This document shows, in pieces, positions 62,423 to 64,000 of a stretch of 64,000 nt of DNA. Under the pieces are notes generated by a model, which worked only from the letters and a program-made list of their open reading frames with translations, was not told the DNA's origin and ran no database searches. The stretch lies in assembly GCF_009914755.1 (NCBI RefSeq), contig NC_060927.1; one strand, 5' to 3'. Positions within the stretch are counted from its first letter, which is position 1; every line of letters begins with the position of its first letter. The stretch comes from the human T2T-CHM13v2.0 reference genome, Homo sapiens. A program made the translations under genes and the position numbers.

Positions 62423-62539
62423 GCTCTTTCTTTTGCAGGATTCTGGGCGGATTCTGCAGCTCCTTGCTGAAACCTTCCACCATAAGCGATGTGTCCTCAA
62501 GGTCCACTCCTTTACACACGAGGCACCCAACCAGAGGCG
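62423..62539 (+). CDS. WDR6: WDR6 exon 4
   Basis: ccccag|GCTC...AGGCG|gtgaga; 117 nt. Confidence 0.9.
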
Positions 62540-62639
62540 GTGAGAGGGGCTGGATGATGGTCCTGCATGGGCTGGGTTGGGGGGTTCCTGTTGAGCTTCA
62601 TCTCTGTTATTGACCAGGCTGTCTTTTCCTGGCTCTCAG

Positions 62640-62758
62640 GAGGCTCCTCCTGTGCAGCGCAGCTACTGATGGCAGCCTGGCTTTCTGGGATCTCACCACC
62701 ATGCTAGACCATGACTCCACTGTCCTGGAGCCTCCAGTGGATCCTGGGCTTCCCTACC
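62640..62758 (+). CDS. WDR6: WDR6 exon 5 (ATDGSLAFWD)
   Basis: tctcag|GAGG...TACC|gtgagt; 119 nt. Confidence 0.92.
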
Positions 62759-62864
62759 GTGAGTAGCTAATGTGCAACCATGGCTACCCCTCCTCACCTG
62801 TCACATAGCCCTCACACATGTGGCAGGCGGGGCCCTGACAACTACCCTCTTCCTCTTCCTTCAG

Positions 62865-63328
62865 GGCTTGGCACCCCCTCCCTGACTCTCCAGGCCCACA
62901 GCTGTGGTATCAACAGCCTGCACACCTTGCCCACCCGTGAGGGCCACCATCTCGTGGCCAGTGGCAGTGAAGATGGATCCCTCCATGTCTTCGTGCTTGC
63001 TGTGGAGATGCTACAGCTAGAAGAGGCTGTGGGAGAGGCTGGGCTGGTACCCCAGCTGCGTGTGCTAGAGGAATACTCTGTCCCCTGTGCACATGCTGCC
63101 CATGTGACAGGCCTCAAGATCCTAAGCCCAAGCATCATGGTCTCAGCCTCCATTGATCAACGGCTGACCTTCTGGCGTCTGGGGCATGGTGAACCCACCT
63201 TCATGAATAGCACTGTGTTCCATGTGCCTGATGTGGCTGACATGGACTGCTGGCCTGTGAGCCCTGAGTTTGGCCACCGTTGTGCCCTTGGGGGTCAGGG
63301 GCTTGAGGTTTACAACTGGTATGACTGA
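62865..63328 (+). CDS. WDR6: WDR6 last coding exon (...GLEVYNWYD*)
   Basis: cttcag|GGCTT...TGA; six exons sum to 3366 nt = 1121 aa. Confidence 0.95.
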
Positions 63329-63547
63329 GGTATCCTGCGGTGGCTGGCGTGCTGGGCATGGGGCCTGCTCACAGACAGCATGGAGCAGGGAAGGGCTGTC
63401 TGTGCCCATGCTCAGCATGCCTTGAGGGGAGGAGGTGGTGGCCGTGGGTTCCTGATGTCGGTGCAGGAGCTGAAGGTGAGTGGAGTGCTGCCAAGAATAT
63501 GCCCGACTCCCCATGACAAGACAGAACTTTGTAACAAACAGTACCAA

Positions 63548-63553
63548 TTTATT
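63548..63553 (-). terminator. DALRD3: DALRD3 poly(A) signal
   Basis: tttatt on + = AATAAA on -, ~75 nt past the DALRD3 stop. Confidence 0.8.
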
Positions 63554-63627
63554 TTGGCCGTGGGTTTTTGCTTTTTTTCCAGTTGATGACTTTGTGAACA
63601 TTCCCAGGTATTGGAGCCTCTGTGGCC

Positions 63628-63747
63628 TTAAATGTGGCTCAGTGGAGGGAGACCCAGCATAGCCAGGCCAGTATGGAGCACCTCACGCACAGCTCTCAGA
63701 AGCTGCAGGCGGACGAACATCTGACCAAAGAGGTGTGGTCGAGGCTC
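63628..63747 (-). CDS. DALRD3: DALRD3 last coding exon ([39 protein letters not shown])
   Basis: - strand ctttcag|GAG...TAA; resembles the C-terminus of the ArgRS-type DALR anticodon-binding domain. Confidence 0.92.
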   Translation of the reverse strand, partial: EPRPHLFGQMFVRLQLLRAVREVLHTGLAMLGLPPLSHI

Positions 63748-63843
63748 CTGAAAGAGAAAGGGCCTGCTGGTCTCATCCTCTGCTTCCTTTGCCTTTACCC
63801 TATACCTCTCTGCACGTCCCACCCCGTTTTGCTGTGTGCTCAC

Positions 63844-63912
63844 CCCCAGGATGTGTACCCGGTTGTAGTAGGAGCTGAAATCCATGCTGAGCTGTACCAG
63901 GAACTTGCATAT
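63844..63912 (-). CDS. DALRD3: DALRD3 penultimate coding exon ([23 protein letters not shown])
   Basis: - strand ctctag|ATATGC...GGG|gtgagc; 69 nt; FSSYY motif typical of DALR domain. Confidence 0.9.
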
Positions 63913-63968
63913 CTAGAGACAGAGACTGAGTCACTGGCCCATCTCTTTGCTCTTGTGCCCCAGGCCAG

Positions 63969-63974
63969 AATAAA
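63969..63974 (+). terminator. WDR6: WDR6 poly(A) signal AATAAA
   Basis: Only clear + strand AATAAA seen after the stop; followed by GT-rich sequence. Confidence 0.75.
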
Positions 63975-64000
63975 GAATAGAGTGTAGAGTGTCCTGGTTG

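Noticed and set aside
59671-62530. Antisense and shifted ORFs of 60-200 aa over WDR6 exon 2
   Set aside because: Shadows of a GC-rich coding exon; no recognisable domain or splice structure.

Overview
Human (primate) genomic DNA, recognisable as the gene-dense, Alu-rich 3p21.31 cluster. On + it holds the last 13 coding exons and 3'UTR of ARIH2 (RBR E3 ligase), the complete P4HTM gene (9 coding exons, 502 aa) and the complete WDR6 gene (6 coding exons, 1121 aa). On - the last two coding exons of DALRD3 overlap the WDR6 3'UTR. Exon boundaries were read from splice signals, and the phases and summed lengths close correctly. The standout unexplained structure is inside P4HTM intron 2 on the - strand (about 44150-47630): a 4-exon relic of a secreted Frizzled-related protein gene. 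It retains a TATA box, Kozak ATG, signal-like peptide, Frizzled CRD and NTR domain, and by recalled sequence best matches Crescent (frzb2). It is disabled by three frameshifts in exon 1, one lost CRD cysteine and a GT>AT donor mutation, while exons 2-4 remain open, consistent with a unitary pseudogene. Other points: a decayed duplicate of an ARIH2 exon, candidate poison exons, a GC-AG intron with a nested GT-AG intron in P4HTM, and very tight P4HTM/WDR6/DALRD3 packing. Gene identities come from recalled protein sequences, not database searches; repeat boundaries are approximate.
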